Of a DNA stretch of 64,000 nucleotides, positions 31,672 through 41,476 are shown piece by piece; within the stretch, counting starts at the first letter, position 1, and each line of letters opens with the position of its first letter. The stretch is taken from NCBI GenBank assembly GCA_945861965.1, contig CAMAWM010000009.1:1742-65741 (forward strand), read 5' to 3'. A program made the position numbers and the translations under genes. The notes under the pieces were generated by a model. That model was not told where the DNA came from. It made no database searches and was given only the letters and a program-made list of their open reading frames with translations. The stretch is from Chitinophaga pinensis. GTDB lineage: Bacteria; Bacteroidota; Bacteroidia; UKL13-3.

Positions 31672-33591
31672 ATGATTCAGCAAAGTAAAATAGAAGAGAT
31701 TATCAATGCGGCTTCCATTGATCAAGTAATTGGCGATTATATTCGATTGAAGAAAAGAGGTGCTAATTTACTTGGTTTGTGCCCTTTCCATTCAGAAAAA
31801 ACGCCTTCGTTTACAGTAAGTCCAAGCAAAGGGATTTACAAATGTTTTGGTTGTGGCAAGGCGGGAAATGTGATAAATTTCATAATGGATCACGACAGCT
31901 TGGGCTACATTCCTGCATTGAAGTTTTTGGCTGAAAAATTTAACATCGAATGGCCTCAACAAGATTTTGTAAACAGCGATGAAGCAAAGCTGCAACAAAA
32001 CGAACGAGAAAGTTTACAAATATTAAACCATTGGGCTAACACTTATTTTCAGAACAATTTATTTGAAGTTGAAGAGGGTAAAAATATTGGTCTTTCTTAT
32101 TTCGAAGAAAGAAATTTCAGACACGATATCATTAAAAAATTTCAATTAGGATTTGCACTTGACTCCTGGAATGCATTTTATGATGAAGCGCAAAAAAACC
32201 AATTTAACGAGGATATATTGTTTAGTTCTGGCTTGGTTAAAAAATCGGAAGATGGTAAAATTTACGATGCGTATCGCGGAAGAGTTATTTTTCCGGTTCA
32301 CAATATCAATGGAAAAGTAATTGCATTTGCTGGTAGATTTTTAAAACAAGATACCAAATCGCCTAAATATGTAAACTCGCCAGAAACTTTGCTTTATTAC
32401 AAAAGCAACGAATTATACGGATTGCATTTTGCTAAAAACGCCATTCGTCAAAATGATTTCACTTACCTAGTTGAAGGATATACGGATGTTATCAGCATGC
32501 ATCAAGCCGGAGTTGAGAATGTAGTTGCATCAAGCGGAACATCCTTAACTGAAGGTCAAATCAAACTAATAAAACGATTTACTGAAAATGTTACTGTGCT
32601 TTACGATGGCGATGCTGCAGGAATTAAAGCAAGTATTCGCGGAATTGATATGTTGCTCGAAAACGGATTGAATGTAAAAGTACTCTTATTCCCTGATGGA
32701 GAAGATCCTGACAGTTACAGCAACAAGGTAGGATTCGAGGCGTTCAACGATTATCTAAAAACAAAAGCACAAGATTTTATTTTTTTTAAATCAAGTTTAA
32801 TGTTGGCTGATGCCGGAAAAGATCCGATTAAAAAAGCTGAACTCACCAAAGATATTGTCGGAAGTATTAGCAAAATTCCGGATGCTATAAAACGCGCAGT
32901 TTATATTAAAGAATGTTCTGTGTTGATGAGGGTGGATGAAAATATATTAATTGCTGAGTTGAACAAACTGCGCAAACAATTTATTATTCAAACTGAAAAA
33001 GACCAAGCATTTCAAGCGACAAATGAAAGTTCGCTAAAAGAAGATTTAAGCGAAATTTATGAGCAACAATCTTTTGACACACAAGAAAGGGATTTGATTC
33101 GATTGTTATTGCATTATGCCAACAAGCCGATTGATGGATTTATGAATGCAGCGCATTACTTATTGGATGAAATAAATAAAGATGAAATAGAAATTTCGCA
33201 TCCTATAGTTGACGAGATTTTAAGCACTTTTAAAGTTGCGATTGAAGAGAAAACAATTCCCGAACAAAGTCATTTTACTCAACATTCAAATCCATTGGTT
33301 TCAGCATTGGCTGCAGATGTGTTGTCAGTAAAGCATGAAGTTAGTCCTGTTTGGGAAAAGCGATACGATATGCAAATGGACGAGCCTGGTTCAAATTACA
33401 AAAGCGATATTGATTCGGCATTGTTGCATTTAAAAATAAGGCATATTGATAAATTGTTAAGTGAAAACCAAAAAGAATTAGCAAAAGATTTAGATGACGA
33501 AAACCTTTTGCTTCATCAGCATGTGCATATTCATTTACTACAACGAAGAGCGGAATTGACCATTAAAATCGGGACGGTCATTGTTCGTTAA
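31672..33591 (+). CDS. dnaG: DNA primase
   Basis: CPFH.EKTPSF...YKCFGC zinc finger, KYVNSPET, VEGYTDV and YDGDAAG TOPRIM motifs. Confidence 0.97.
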   Translation: MIQQSKIEEIINAASIDQVIGDYIRLKKRGANLLGLCPFHSEKTPSFTVSPSKGIYKCFGCGKAGNVINFIMDHDSLGYIPALKFLAEKFNIEWPQQDFVNSDEAKLQQNERESLQILNHWANTYFQNNLFEVEEGKNIGLSYFEERNFRHDIIKKFQLGFALDSWNAFYDEAQKNQFNEDILFSSGLVKKSEDGKIYDAYRGRVIFPVHNINGKVIAFAGRFLKQDTKSPKYVNSPETLLYYKSNELYGLHFAKNAIRQNDFTYLVEGYTDVISMHQAGVENVVASSGTSLTEGQIKLIKRFTENVTVLYDGDAAGIKASIRGIDMLLENGLNVKVLLFPDGEDPDSYSNKVGFEAFNDYLKTKAQDFIFFKSSLMLADAGKDPIKKAELTKDIVGSISKIPDAIKRAVYIKECSVLMRVDENILIAELNKLRKQFIIQTEKDQAFQATNESSLKEDLSEIYEQQSFDTQERDLIRLLLHYANKPIDGFMNAAHYLLDEINKDEIEISHPIVDEILSTFKVAIEEKTIPEQSHFTQHSNPLVSALAADVLSVKHEVSPVWEKRYDMQMDEPGSNYKSDIDSALLHLKIRHIDKLLSENQKELAKDLDDENLLLHQHVHIHLLQRRAELTIKIGTVIVR

Positions 33592-33631
33592 AATACTCGT
33601 TTTCAAAATTAATATCTTTGCAATTTGATTT

Positions 33632-34828
33632 ATGAAAATAGGAATTATTAGAGAAGGCAAAACGCCACCGGATTTGCGAAGCCCACTTACTCCGCTGCAA
33701 TGCGTAGAGTTGATGCAGCATTTCCCGGAAACTGAAATTGTAGTTCAGCCATCGGAATTCCGCTGTTTTAAAAATAGTGATTTTGAAAAAGTGGACATAT
33801 CAATAAATGAAAACATTTCAGACTGTGATATTTTACTTGGAATAAAAGAAGTTCCGTCTGAAGAATTGATTGCAAACAAAACGTATTTATTTTTTTCTCA
33901 TACAATCAAAAAACAACTTCACAATCGCAATTTATTGCGCAGCGTTTTAAAGAAAAACATTACACTTATTGATTATGAAGTTTTGCAATGGGATGGCGGA
34001 AATCGCATTATTGGCTTTGGAAGATTTGCCGGAATTGTTGGTGCGCATTATGCACTTTTAATGTATGGAAAAAAATACGGCAGCTATCATTTAAACCCTG
34101 CACATATTTACAAAGATTACAATGAAATGTTGGGGCAATACCATGGATTAAGTTTGCCTGAAATGAAAATTATTTTGTGTGGCGATGGCAGAGTTGCTCA
34201 TGGATGTATCGAACTTTTTAAGAAATTAAAAATTCATCATGTAAGTCAAGAAGAGTTTTTAGAAAACGATTACAATGAGCCCGTTTATGCGCAATTAAGA
34301 AGTGAAGATTATTACACTCGAAAAGATGGACACGAATGGGACAAGTCCGATTTTTATAAACATCCTGATGATTACATAAGTTCATTTAAGCCGTATTATA
34401 AAAAAGCAGATGTAATGCTGAATGCAATTTTTTGGAAAGAAGGCGTCCCGAAATTTTTCAGCAACGAAGAAATGAAATCTGCAGATTTTAGAATTAAATT
34501 TATTTCGGATATAACCTGCGATATTCCAGGGCCGCTTCCATCAACACTTAGAAGCACCACAATAGAAAATCCGTTTTATGGATACAATCCGTTTTTAGAA
34601 AAAGAAACTGCTCCATTTATAAAAGGTTCGATTGATGTGCAGGCAGTTGGGAATTTGCCATGCGAGTTGCCTGTTGATGCTTCTGTTGAATTTGGCGAAC
34701 AATTGTTGCGGCATGTTTTGCCTTGTCTTTTAGTTGAAGATAAAGAGAAAATACTACACAATGCAACCATTGCAAAAGGAGGAGAGTTAATGGAAAAATA
34801 TCATTACTTAACTGATTTTGTAGCATAA
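33632..34828 (+). CDS. saccharopine dehydrogenase / lysine-ketoglutarate reductase-like NAD(P) oxidoreductase (AlaDh/PNT fold)
   Basis: GIIREGK.PPD.R.PLTP, GIKEVP, FFSHTIKKQ, DITCD, NLPCELP. Confidence 0.8.
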   Translation: MKIGIIREGKTPPDLRSPLTPLQCVELMQHFPETEIVVQPSEFRCFKNSDFEKVDISINENISDCDILLGIKEVPSEELIANKTYLFFSHTIKKQLHNRNLLRSVLKKNITLIDYEVLQWDGGNRIIGFGRFAGIVGAHYALLMYGKKYGSYHLNPAHIYKDYNEMLGQYHGLSLPEMKIILCGDGRVAHGCIELFKKLKIHHVSQEEFLENDYNEPVYAQLRSEDYYTRKDGHEWDKSDFYKHPDDYISSFKPYYKKADVMLNAIFWKEGVPKFFSNEEMKSADFRIKFISDITCDIPGPLPSTLRSTTIENPFYGYNPFLEKETAPFIKGSIDVQAVGNLPCELPVDASVEFGEQLLRHVLPCLLVEDKEKILHNATIAKGGELMEKYHYLTDFVA

Positions 34829-34834
34829 TATCCA

Positions 34835-36193
34835 ATGCAAAAAATATATTTATTTCTAATAATTCTACTTTCATTCGTTTCGTGCAATTCATCAAAACAA
34901 TTTGCAAAAGAAGCCGATAGTTTTGCTTCTGGAGGAAATTTTGATGTTGCGGCCAACTATTATTACAACGCGTTGTTGTTAGACCAAACGAACGTTTCGG
35001 CCAAAATAGGATTGCAAAAAACTGCGCAAAAAGTACTGGAGTCTAAATTTACTATTTTTTCGAAACTTGTACTTGATAACAAAATTGAAGATGCATTGAT
35101 TCAATATAAATACAATAAAAAATATTATGAAAAAACGAAAGAAGTAGGAGTGATGCTTGAGTGGCCAGAAATGTACAATGAAATATTTGCTGATATAAAA
35201 AGCGAGTATATTAACACTGCTTACGACAATGCACTTGAACTAATGAAACAGAATAAATACGATAAAGCTGAAACATTATTTGAAAACATTTCGGATTTGG
35301 ATTCAACATTTAAAAACATTTCCGTTTTGCGATTGAATACCGTTTTAGAGCCAATGTATAATCAAGGAATTTTGCAAATGAGTGCTGATGATTATAAAAA
35401 AGCATATTACAGTTTTGCTAAAGTTTTGAGTTACGATGAAAACTATAAAAATTGCAAACAATTATTTGAAGAAGCGAAACGAAAAGCGAATGTCGCGTTA
35501 GCCATACTGCCAATAAATGCAAAGCATTATCAAGATTTGGAAGACGAAAAATTGTACCAACAAATTAGTAAAGAAATCAAATTAAGCTCCAATCCTTTTT
35601 TAAAAATAATAGACAAAATGGATTTCGAAACTCAATTAAAAAGCAAACAAATTTACGCCAACAATTTCATTTCGAGCGACTCTTTAATTGTTGTAGGAGA
35701 AAAATTAGGAATCAATTATTTTTTGTTAATCGATGTGAGAGAAGTAAATTATATTGAGCAAGCTTTGACATTCGATACCGTAATTGCATATGAATCATTT
35801 AGCGATAAAGTTATAGATCCTGCAACAGGAAATAATCAATTTGTAACTCGATTTAAAAAAACATTTTATCTCAATTCAAATCAGAGTAGAATTGTAAATG
35901 CAAAAATTCAATACTCGTTGAAGTCAGTAAAATTAAATCAAGTTTTACTACGCGATGAAGTTTTTTTCGAGAAAAAAGACAATCAATCTTTCTCGCGATT
36001 TGATGGCAATTATTTAAATCTTTATCCAGCATTACCTGCAGGTAATTTTTTACCGACTCTTGATATTGCTTGGAGAGATAAATTTGCAGAATTCAAAAGA
36101 GATTTATTACCAGCATCAAAACTAAGAGCTGATTGTTTTGAAAAAATAGCGCAGAAAATTTCTGAAGATGTAAATTTGTATATTGACAAATAA
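34835..36193 (+). CDS. TPR-containing lipoprotein, unknown function
   Basis: Lipobox FVSC; helical TPR-like repeats followed by an alpha/beta C-terminal domain. Confidence 0.65.
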   Translation: MQKIYLFLIILLSFVSCNSSKQFAKEADSFASGGNFDVAANYYYNALLLDQTNVSAKIGLQKTAQKVLESKFTIFSKLVLDNKIEDALIQYKYNKKYYEKTKEVGVMLEWPEMYNEIFADIKSEYINTAYDNALELMKQNKYDKAETLFENISDLDSTFKNISVLRLNTVLEPMYNQGILQMSADDYKKAYYSFAKVLSYDENYKNCKQLFEEAKRKANVALAILPINAKHYQDLEDEKLYQQISKEIKLSSNPFLKIIDKMDFETQLKSKQIYANNFISSDSLIVVGEKLGINYFLLIDVREVNYIEQALTFDTVIAYESFSDKVIDPATGNNQFVTRFKKTFYLNSNQSRIVNAKIQYSLKSVKLNQVLLRDEVFFEKKDNQSFSRFDGNYLNLYPALPAGNFLPTLDIAWRDKFAEFKRDLLPASKLRADCFEKIAQKISEDVNLYIDK

Positions 36194-36237
36194 TAGATGA
36201 TTGTTGAAATATATTTTTAATTAAATAGGATAGATAA

Positions 36238-36888
36238 TTGAAAACAATTGCACAACTTATAAAAAAGGATTTGCTGATTGAGTGGCGCCAACGCTACGCA
36301 ATAAGCGGAATACTAATCCATATTTTTTCGGCAACATTTATAGTTTATTTGTCGGTTAGAATTGTAAACGCACCAACATGGAATGCGCTTTACTGGGTCA
36401 TTATGCTTTTCACTTCAGTTAGTGCCGTTGCAAAAAGTTTTATTGCAGAAGGAAGAGGAAAAAATCTTTACTATCATAGCATTGCCACGCCTCAAGAAAT
36501 TATAATTTCAAAGATTATTTACAATTCGATGCTTTCTGTTTTTTTAGGAGCGACATCTATTTTGGTTTATATTTTATTTATGAATAATCCAGTTCAAAAT
36601 ACAGCTTCATATTTATTAATTGTACTTCTTGGATGTATAGGATTTTCTTCGACTTTTACAATGCTTTCGGCTATTGCGTCTAAATCAGGAAGCAGCAATT
36701 TGCTTATGCCGGTATTGAGTTTTCCGATTATTATTCCGCTGTTGCTTGTGCTAATTAAAGCAAGCAAAAAATCAATGGACGGATTGGAAATGAGTTTAAT
36801 TTGGCCCGATTTGGGAATTCTACTTTTATTAAATCTAATGGTTGTAGTTATGGCTTACGTACTTTTTCCGTTTTTGTGGAAAGAGTAA
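36238..36888 (+). CDS. ccmB: heme exporter protein CcmB
   Basis: KKDLLIEWR.R, six TMs, LMPVLSFPIIIPLL, LFPFLWKE. Confidence 0.85.
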   Translation: MKTIAQLIKKDLLIEWRQRYAISGILIHIFSATFIVYLSVRIVNAPTWNALYWVIMLFTSVSAVAKSFIAEGRGKNLYYHSIATPQEIIISKIIYNSMLSVFLGATSILVYILFMNNPVQNTASYLLIVLLGCIGFSSTFTMLSAIASKSGSSNLLMPVLSFPIIIPLLLVLIKASKKSMDGLEMSLIWPDLGILLLLNLMVVVMAYVLFPFLWKE

Positions 36889-36892
36889 AATA

Positions 36893-37318
36893 TTATCTCC
36901 AGATCGACAATATTACAGACGACAGCGTAATTCCAACAATGTGATAGCCGCAATCGATAATATACAACATGCTTGGCTTGTTTAGATAAACATAGCTCAT
37001 AGAAATGGTAGCAGCGCTAAAACAAATGCTGCATAACAATCCAAGTTTTAATCCTGACATTATATCGTGAGCAGAAAACACATAAACCATTACAGCCAAT
37101 CCGAATGAAATAATAAGATTAAGAATTAGGCTTTTTGCCATAATTGCGCCCATTCCTTTTTTTGCATCGGGATTGTCTTCCATTTTGATTCCTTGAATTC
37201 CTGCCCATGTTGCACCGAAACACATTTTCGAATACCACAATGCGCCTAAAAAGAAATAAGCAAAAGCTGAAACTACCAAAGCCAAGTAGTTAATAGTTGT
37301 TAAGATTTCGTTTAGCAT
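36893..37318 (-). CDS. DUF1761 family membrane protein
   Basis: INYLALVV.A...F.LGALWYS..FG..W ... I..GYH motif. Confidence 0.82.
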   Translation of the reverse strand: MLNEILTTINYLALVVSAFAYFFLGALWYSKMCFGATWAGIQGIKMEDNPDAKKGMGAIMAKSLILNLIISFGLAVMVYVFSAHDIMSGLKLGLLCSICFSAATISMSYVYLNKPSMLYIIDCGYHIVGITLSSVILSIWR

Positions 37319-37390
37319 ATGAATTTTATTAAAGTTTAATGTGCAAGTAAAAGTATTTATTTTTAGAAAAAAATATTTTTTGAGTAAAAA

Positions 37391-38260
37391 TTACCCAATA
37401 TGCCTTTCAGCATGATACGATGAACGGACTAAAGCGCCACTTTCAACGTATTTAAATCCTTTTTCCAAACCTACTTGTTTGTAATATTCAAATTTTTCAG
37501 GGTGAATAAATTCTTCAACTGCTAAATGCATTTTTGTTGGTTGAAGATATTGACCTAATGTCAGTACATCGCAACCGTTTGAATTTAACTCGTCCATTGC
37601 TTCAAGTATTTCATTTTCGGTTTCGCCCAATCCAAGCATTATTCCGCTTTTGGTTCTCAATCCTCTTTCTTTTGTTCGCTTTATTTGCTCAAGACTGCGT
37701 TCGTATTTAGCTTGTGGCCTTACTTTTCGATAAAGTCTTGGTACAGTTTCCATGTTGTGGCTTACAACTTCTGGTTTTTCATCTATAACCTGATAAAGTA
37801 AATCCCATTTACCCATAAAATCCGGAATCAATGTTTCCATAGTTAAGGATGGATTCAACTTTTTAACCAAGCGAATTGTATCAGCCCAAACATCAGCACC
37901 TTTATCTGGAAGTTCGTCACGATTTACAGACGTAATAACCGCGTGCTTTATATTCATTAATTTAATTGCTTCCGCAACTCTCATCGGTTCGTCCAAGTCG
38001 TACGTATTGGCTCTTCCAGTTGCAACTGCGCAAAACGAACAACTTCTAGTGCAGATATTTCCAAGTATCATAAAAGTTGCAGTTCCTTCGCCCCAGCATT
38101 CGCCCATGTTTGGACAATTTCCGCTTTCGCAAATTGTATGTAGTTTATTTGAATCTACAAGCTGTCTAACTTTTCGGTAATTTTCTCCAGTAGGTAATTT
38201 TACTTTAAGCCAACTGGGCTTTCTAATTCTTTCTTCGTTTAGAATTGGCAAATCAATCAT
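37391..38260 (-). CDS. lipA: lipoyl synthase
   Basis: CxxxxCPNMGEC and CTRSCSFC clusters, VRSSYHA; start refined to ATG 38260. Confidence 0.97.
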   Translation of the reverse strand: MIDLPILNEERIRKPSWLKVKLPTGENYRKVRQLVDSNKLHTICESGNCPNMGECWGEGTATFMILGNICTRSCSFCAVATGRANTYDLDEPMRVAEAIKLMNIKHAVITSVNRDELPDKGADVWADTIRLVKKLNPSLTMETLIPDFMGKWDLLYQVIDEKPEVVSHNMETVPRLYRKVRPQAKYERSLEQIKRTKERGLRTKSGIMLGLGETENEILEAMDELNSNGCDVLTLGQYLQPTKMHLAVEEFIHPEKFEYYKQVGLEKGFKYVESGALVRSSYHAERHIG

Positions 38261-38276
38261 GTATTTATAATAAATT

Positions 38277-39035
38277 TTATCTCTTCCAGCCAAACATAAA
38301 TGCTAAGTATACGCTGATAAAATATTGCTCTTGAGAAACATAAGCAAGCATTGGAATTCCTTTTGCAAAAGCATCTGCAGTTAAACCTACTTCAAACGAG
38401 TAATAGCTGTCTGTATATTCTCCCATTTCGATACTTAAAGCAGCTCGGCCATACAATCCCATTACAGGATCAATTTCTTTAAAACCATTACTAAAAGATG
38501 CATTTCCATAAATGTTATAAATATCGGTATGAATTGCTGGGTCGTATTTTTCTGTGGTCAAATATCCACCACGACCATCGGTTCCGTGATAAATATCTAA
38601 ATACACAGGTTTAAGAAGCGCTAAATTAATACCTGCTGCATAAATAAAATTCAATCCAATTGCATTGCGGTAGGAGCGCTCAGTTATTTCAACTTTTCTT
38701 CCAAAACCATTTCTGAAAAAGAAAACTTGATTCAGCTTTCCGTATTTAAATGTATTTGGGTTTTCATTAAAATTACTGTAGCGACTTACTTCTTTTGGAT
38801 GATTAACCCAAGTGAGTTCGGATTCGAATGTTTTTTTAATACTTCCAGTTTTATGCCAAGCGTACCTGAATTGAATTGCTGCCAACCATGCTGTAGAACT
38901 ACTATTTACATTTGCACCAAAATTGAAATCTTTATACGTGATAATTTGAGCATCAGCAATAGGTGTATTTTGCGCAATACTAAATGTTGCACTAAACAAA
39001 GCAATAAAACCCAATTTGAATTTATTTTTAATCAA
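38277..39035 (-). CDS. conserved hypothetical outer-membrane beta-barrel protein
   Basis: Signal peptide, alternating beta strands, HPKE...FKYGKLN, C-terminal [10 protein letters not shown]. Confidence 0.6.
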   Translation of the reverse strand: MIKNKFKLGFIALFSATFSIAQNTPIADAQIITYKDFNFGANVNSSSTAWLAAIQFRYAWHKTGSIKKTFESELTWVNHPKEVSRYSNFNENPNTFKYGKLNQVFFFRNGFGRKVEITERSYRNAIGLNFIYAAGINLALLKPVYLDIYHGTDGRGGYLTTEKYDPAIHTDIYNIYGNASFSNGFKEIDPVMGLYGRAALSIEMGEYTDSYYSFEVGLTADAFAKGIPMLAYVSQEQYFISVYLAFMFGWKR

Positions 39036-39073
39036 GTTGAAAAGATTAATTTTGTGTCAAAAATAATTAAAAA

Positions 39074-39481
39074 ATGGATACTGCAGAAGTAATTTATTTG
39101 GGCAATTTCAGAACCGAGTCTACTCATTTGCAATCGGGGAATAAAACAATTAGCGATGCGCCAACAGATAATTTCGGGAAAGGCGAATTCTTTTCTCCAA
39201 CTGATTTATTGGCAACTTCTCTTGCGCAATGTTTGATAACAACAATTGGAGTTCAAACAAGATTAGAGGGCATTAATATTGACGGAGCCAAACTTAGCGT
39301 GAAGAAACATATGTCTGCAAATCCAAGAAGAGTGTCGCAAATCGATATTCATATACTTGTCCCGGCTGGAAATTTAACTACAGAACAAAAAATAAAAATC
39401 GAAACGATAGCTAAGAACTGCCCCGTTGGGAAAAGCTTGCATCCCGATTTGATTCAGAATATCAACTTTGAATACAAATAA
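39074..39481 (+). CDS. OsmC/Ohr family protein
   Basis: DAP.DN.GKG..FSPTDLLA.SLA.C and A.NCPV..SL. Confidence 0.9.
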   Translation: MDTAEVIYLGNFRTESTHLQSGNKTISDAPTDNFGKGEFFSPTDLLATSLAQCLITTIGVQTRLEGINIDGAKLSVKKHMSANPRRVSQIDIHILVPAGNLTTEQKIKIETIAKNCPVGKSLHPDLIQNINFEYK

Positions 39482-39501
39482 TATTTATTTGATTGGAAAA
39501 A

Positions 39502-39585
39502 TTAAAAATTCGGGCACGCGCCTTTGCAAGATGCTATGAATAATATAGCAAAAAACAGCAAGGCTAATAATGTATTTTTTTTCAT
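39502..39585 (-). CDS. 27-aa micro-lipoprotein (not in ORF track)
   Basis: MKKNTLLALLFFAILFIASCKGACPNF*: SPII signal with IAS-C lipobox; A-rich start context; own TACTTTTG promoter. Confidence 0.75.
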   Translation of the reverse strand: MKKNTLLALLFFAILFIASCKGACPNF

Positions 39586-39623
39586 TTAGTATTTTTAATA
39601 TTAAAACTATAACGCTTATCTAA

Positions 39624-40844
39624 GTGCAAAAGTATAAAGTAACAGATGAGCTTTTAGAATTTGATTTGGAAAATTTTCTGTCGAAATATTCCGAATCCGA
39701 TTCCGATAAACTTATTCTAAAATTAAAATCTTCATGGAATGAAAATTTCGATCTTAGTTTTTTAATTCATCAACTTAAACTTTATAAAAAATGCAAGGAC
39801 AAAATTCCTTCTTTTGCCAATACTTTTTGTTGGCTGACACCTAAAAGTTATGAACAAGCATCAAGCGAGTTGTCTGCTTTATACAAATCATCCATTTTTA
39901 AAGGCGATAAATTATTTAGCGTTTGTGGCGGTTTAGGGGTTGATGATTGGGCTTTTAGCAAAACATTTTCTCAAGTAATATCCTTAGACTTAGATGAGGA
40001 GTTGAATAAATTAGTAAGGCATAATTTTAGAAAGCTGAAGATTGAAAATTTTAAAAGGATTACAACTAAAGCTGAAGATTTTATAAAGGAAGTCAACAAT
40101 AGCACTTACGATTTAATTTATATTGATGCTGATAGAAGGTCCGATTCGAAGAAAAAAAGTTTTCTTTTCGAAAATAGTTCGCCAAATCCGCTTGAAATAA
40201 TTTCTGCTTTGTTTGAACAAACTGAAACTATATTAATTAAACTTTCGCCATTAATTGATTTGAATTATTGCGAAAAAATAATTCCTCAAATTTCGAAAAT
40301 ATTCGTTATTTCTGTTGAGAATGAAGTGAAAGAAGTTTTATTAGTTTTATCTAAAACAAATACTAAGCAAATTGAATGCGAAATTCAGGCTGTAAATATT
40401 GACCCTAAAGGAATTTCTTCAGTTTTTACAGCTTTTGACAAAAAAAAGAATTGTACCTATATTGATAATGGAATCTATTTTATTGAACCTTATCTATCTA
40501 TCATAAAAGCTGGATTGGTTGCACAGTTTTCCGAATCAATTAACGCAAAAATGATTTCAAAAAATTCCAACTTTTTACTTTCAGATAGTTTAGTAGAAAA
40601 TTCAATGGGGAGATTTTTTAAAATTGTTTCCATATTAGATTTCAAGAAAAGCGAATTGAAAAAATATCTGGCTTCGAATTGTATTTCAAAAGCTAATATC
40701 AGCAAAAGAAATTTCCCCTTGAAAGTTGACGAATTGCGAAAAGTATTAAAACTAAAAGACGGGGGAGAAGATTATATTTTTTTTACTCAAAACTCTGAGA
40801 ACAAAAAGCTAGTTTATCATTGTCGAAAAATAAAAAGCGAATAG
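39624..40844 (+). CDS. class I SAM-dependent methyltransferase with THUMP-like C-terminal domain
   Basis: EQASSE, CGGLGVD, IYIDADRR, IKLSP..D, ANISKRNFP...LRK.LKLKDGG; start uncertain (possibly TTG 39666). Confidence 0.8.
   Translation: MQKYKVTDELLEFDLENFLSKYSESDSDKLILKLKSSWNENFDLSFLIHQLKLYKKCKDKIPSFANTFCWLTPKSYEQASSELSALYKSSIFKGDKLFSVCGGLGVDDWAFSKTFSQVISLDLDEELNKLVRHNFRKLKIENFKRITTKAEDFIKEVNNSTYDLIYIDADRRSDSKKKSFLFENSSPNPLEIISALFEQTETILIKLSPLIDLNYCEKIIPQISKIFVISVENEVKEVLLVLSKTNTKQIECEIQAVNIDPKGISSVFTAFDKKKNCTYIDNGIYFIEPYLSIIKAGLVAQFSESINAKMISKNSNFLLSDSLVENSMGRFFKIVSILDFKKSELKKYLASNCISKANISKRNFPLKVDELRKVLKLKDGGEDYIFFTQNSENKKLVYHCRKIKSE
39627..39634 (-). promoter_or_regulatory. Bacteroidota sigma-A -7 element (TACTTTTG-CAC) for the micro-lipoprotein
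   Basis: Perfect TAnnTTTG on the minus strand, 41 nt upstream of ATG 39585. Confidence 0.65.
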
Positions 40845-40848
40845 CTTT

Positions 40849-41406
40849 TTATTTTTTTCTTGGTCTCCATTCTGTTTCTTTTGCATTGGCATCTTTTACA
40901 ATATTTCTTGACAAAACAAACAAATAATCGCTCAATCTATTTAAGTATTTAATTACAATTGGAGAAACGGTGCTTTCGTCAGATAGTTGTACTGAAATCC
41001 TTTCTGCTCTACGGCAAACGCACCTTGCGACATGGCAAAAAGATGCCAATTGTGTTCCGCCAGGCAAGATGAAATTTTTTAATGCTGGGAGATTTTTTTC
41101 CATTCTATCAATTTCTTTTTCCAGTAATTTTATGTCCGATTCAATCAAATCCGGGATTTGCATTTTTGTATTTTTCGAGTCGTTTGCTAATTGGCTTCCA
41201 ATGGTAAAAAGCCTGTCTTGAATTTCAGATAATATTTCTGACATTTTCAAGTTTTTTAAATCGCATTTCAAAACTCCGATGTATGAATTTAACTCATCAA
41301 TTGTACCGTAAGCCTCTATTCTTAAGTGGTATTTGGGGACACGCGTTCCGCCAATCAACGAAGTTTTTCCTTTGTCGCCCGTTTTGGTATATATTTTAAA
41401 TGTCAT
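40849..41406 (-). CDS. PduO-type cob(I)alamin adenosyltransferase
   Basis: KIYTKTGDKG.T, YGTIDELNS, RCVCRRAER, YLNRLSDYLF. Confidence 0.93.
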   Translation of the reverse strand: MTFKIYTKTGDKGKTSLIGGTRVPKYHLRIEAYGTIDELNSYIGVLKCDLKNLKMSEILSEIQDRLFTIGSQLANDSKNTKMQIPDLIESDIKLLEKEIDRMEKNLPALKNFILPGGTQLASFCHVARCVCRRAERISVQLSDESTVSPIVIKYLNRLSDYLFVLSRNIVKDANAKETEWRPRKK

Positions 41407-41476
41407 CTTTTAAACAATTTAAGTGTGCAATTATAACAACAAATAGCTGTATTTTTCTAATCTTTGCGAACTGCAA

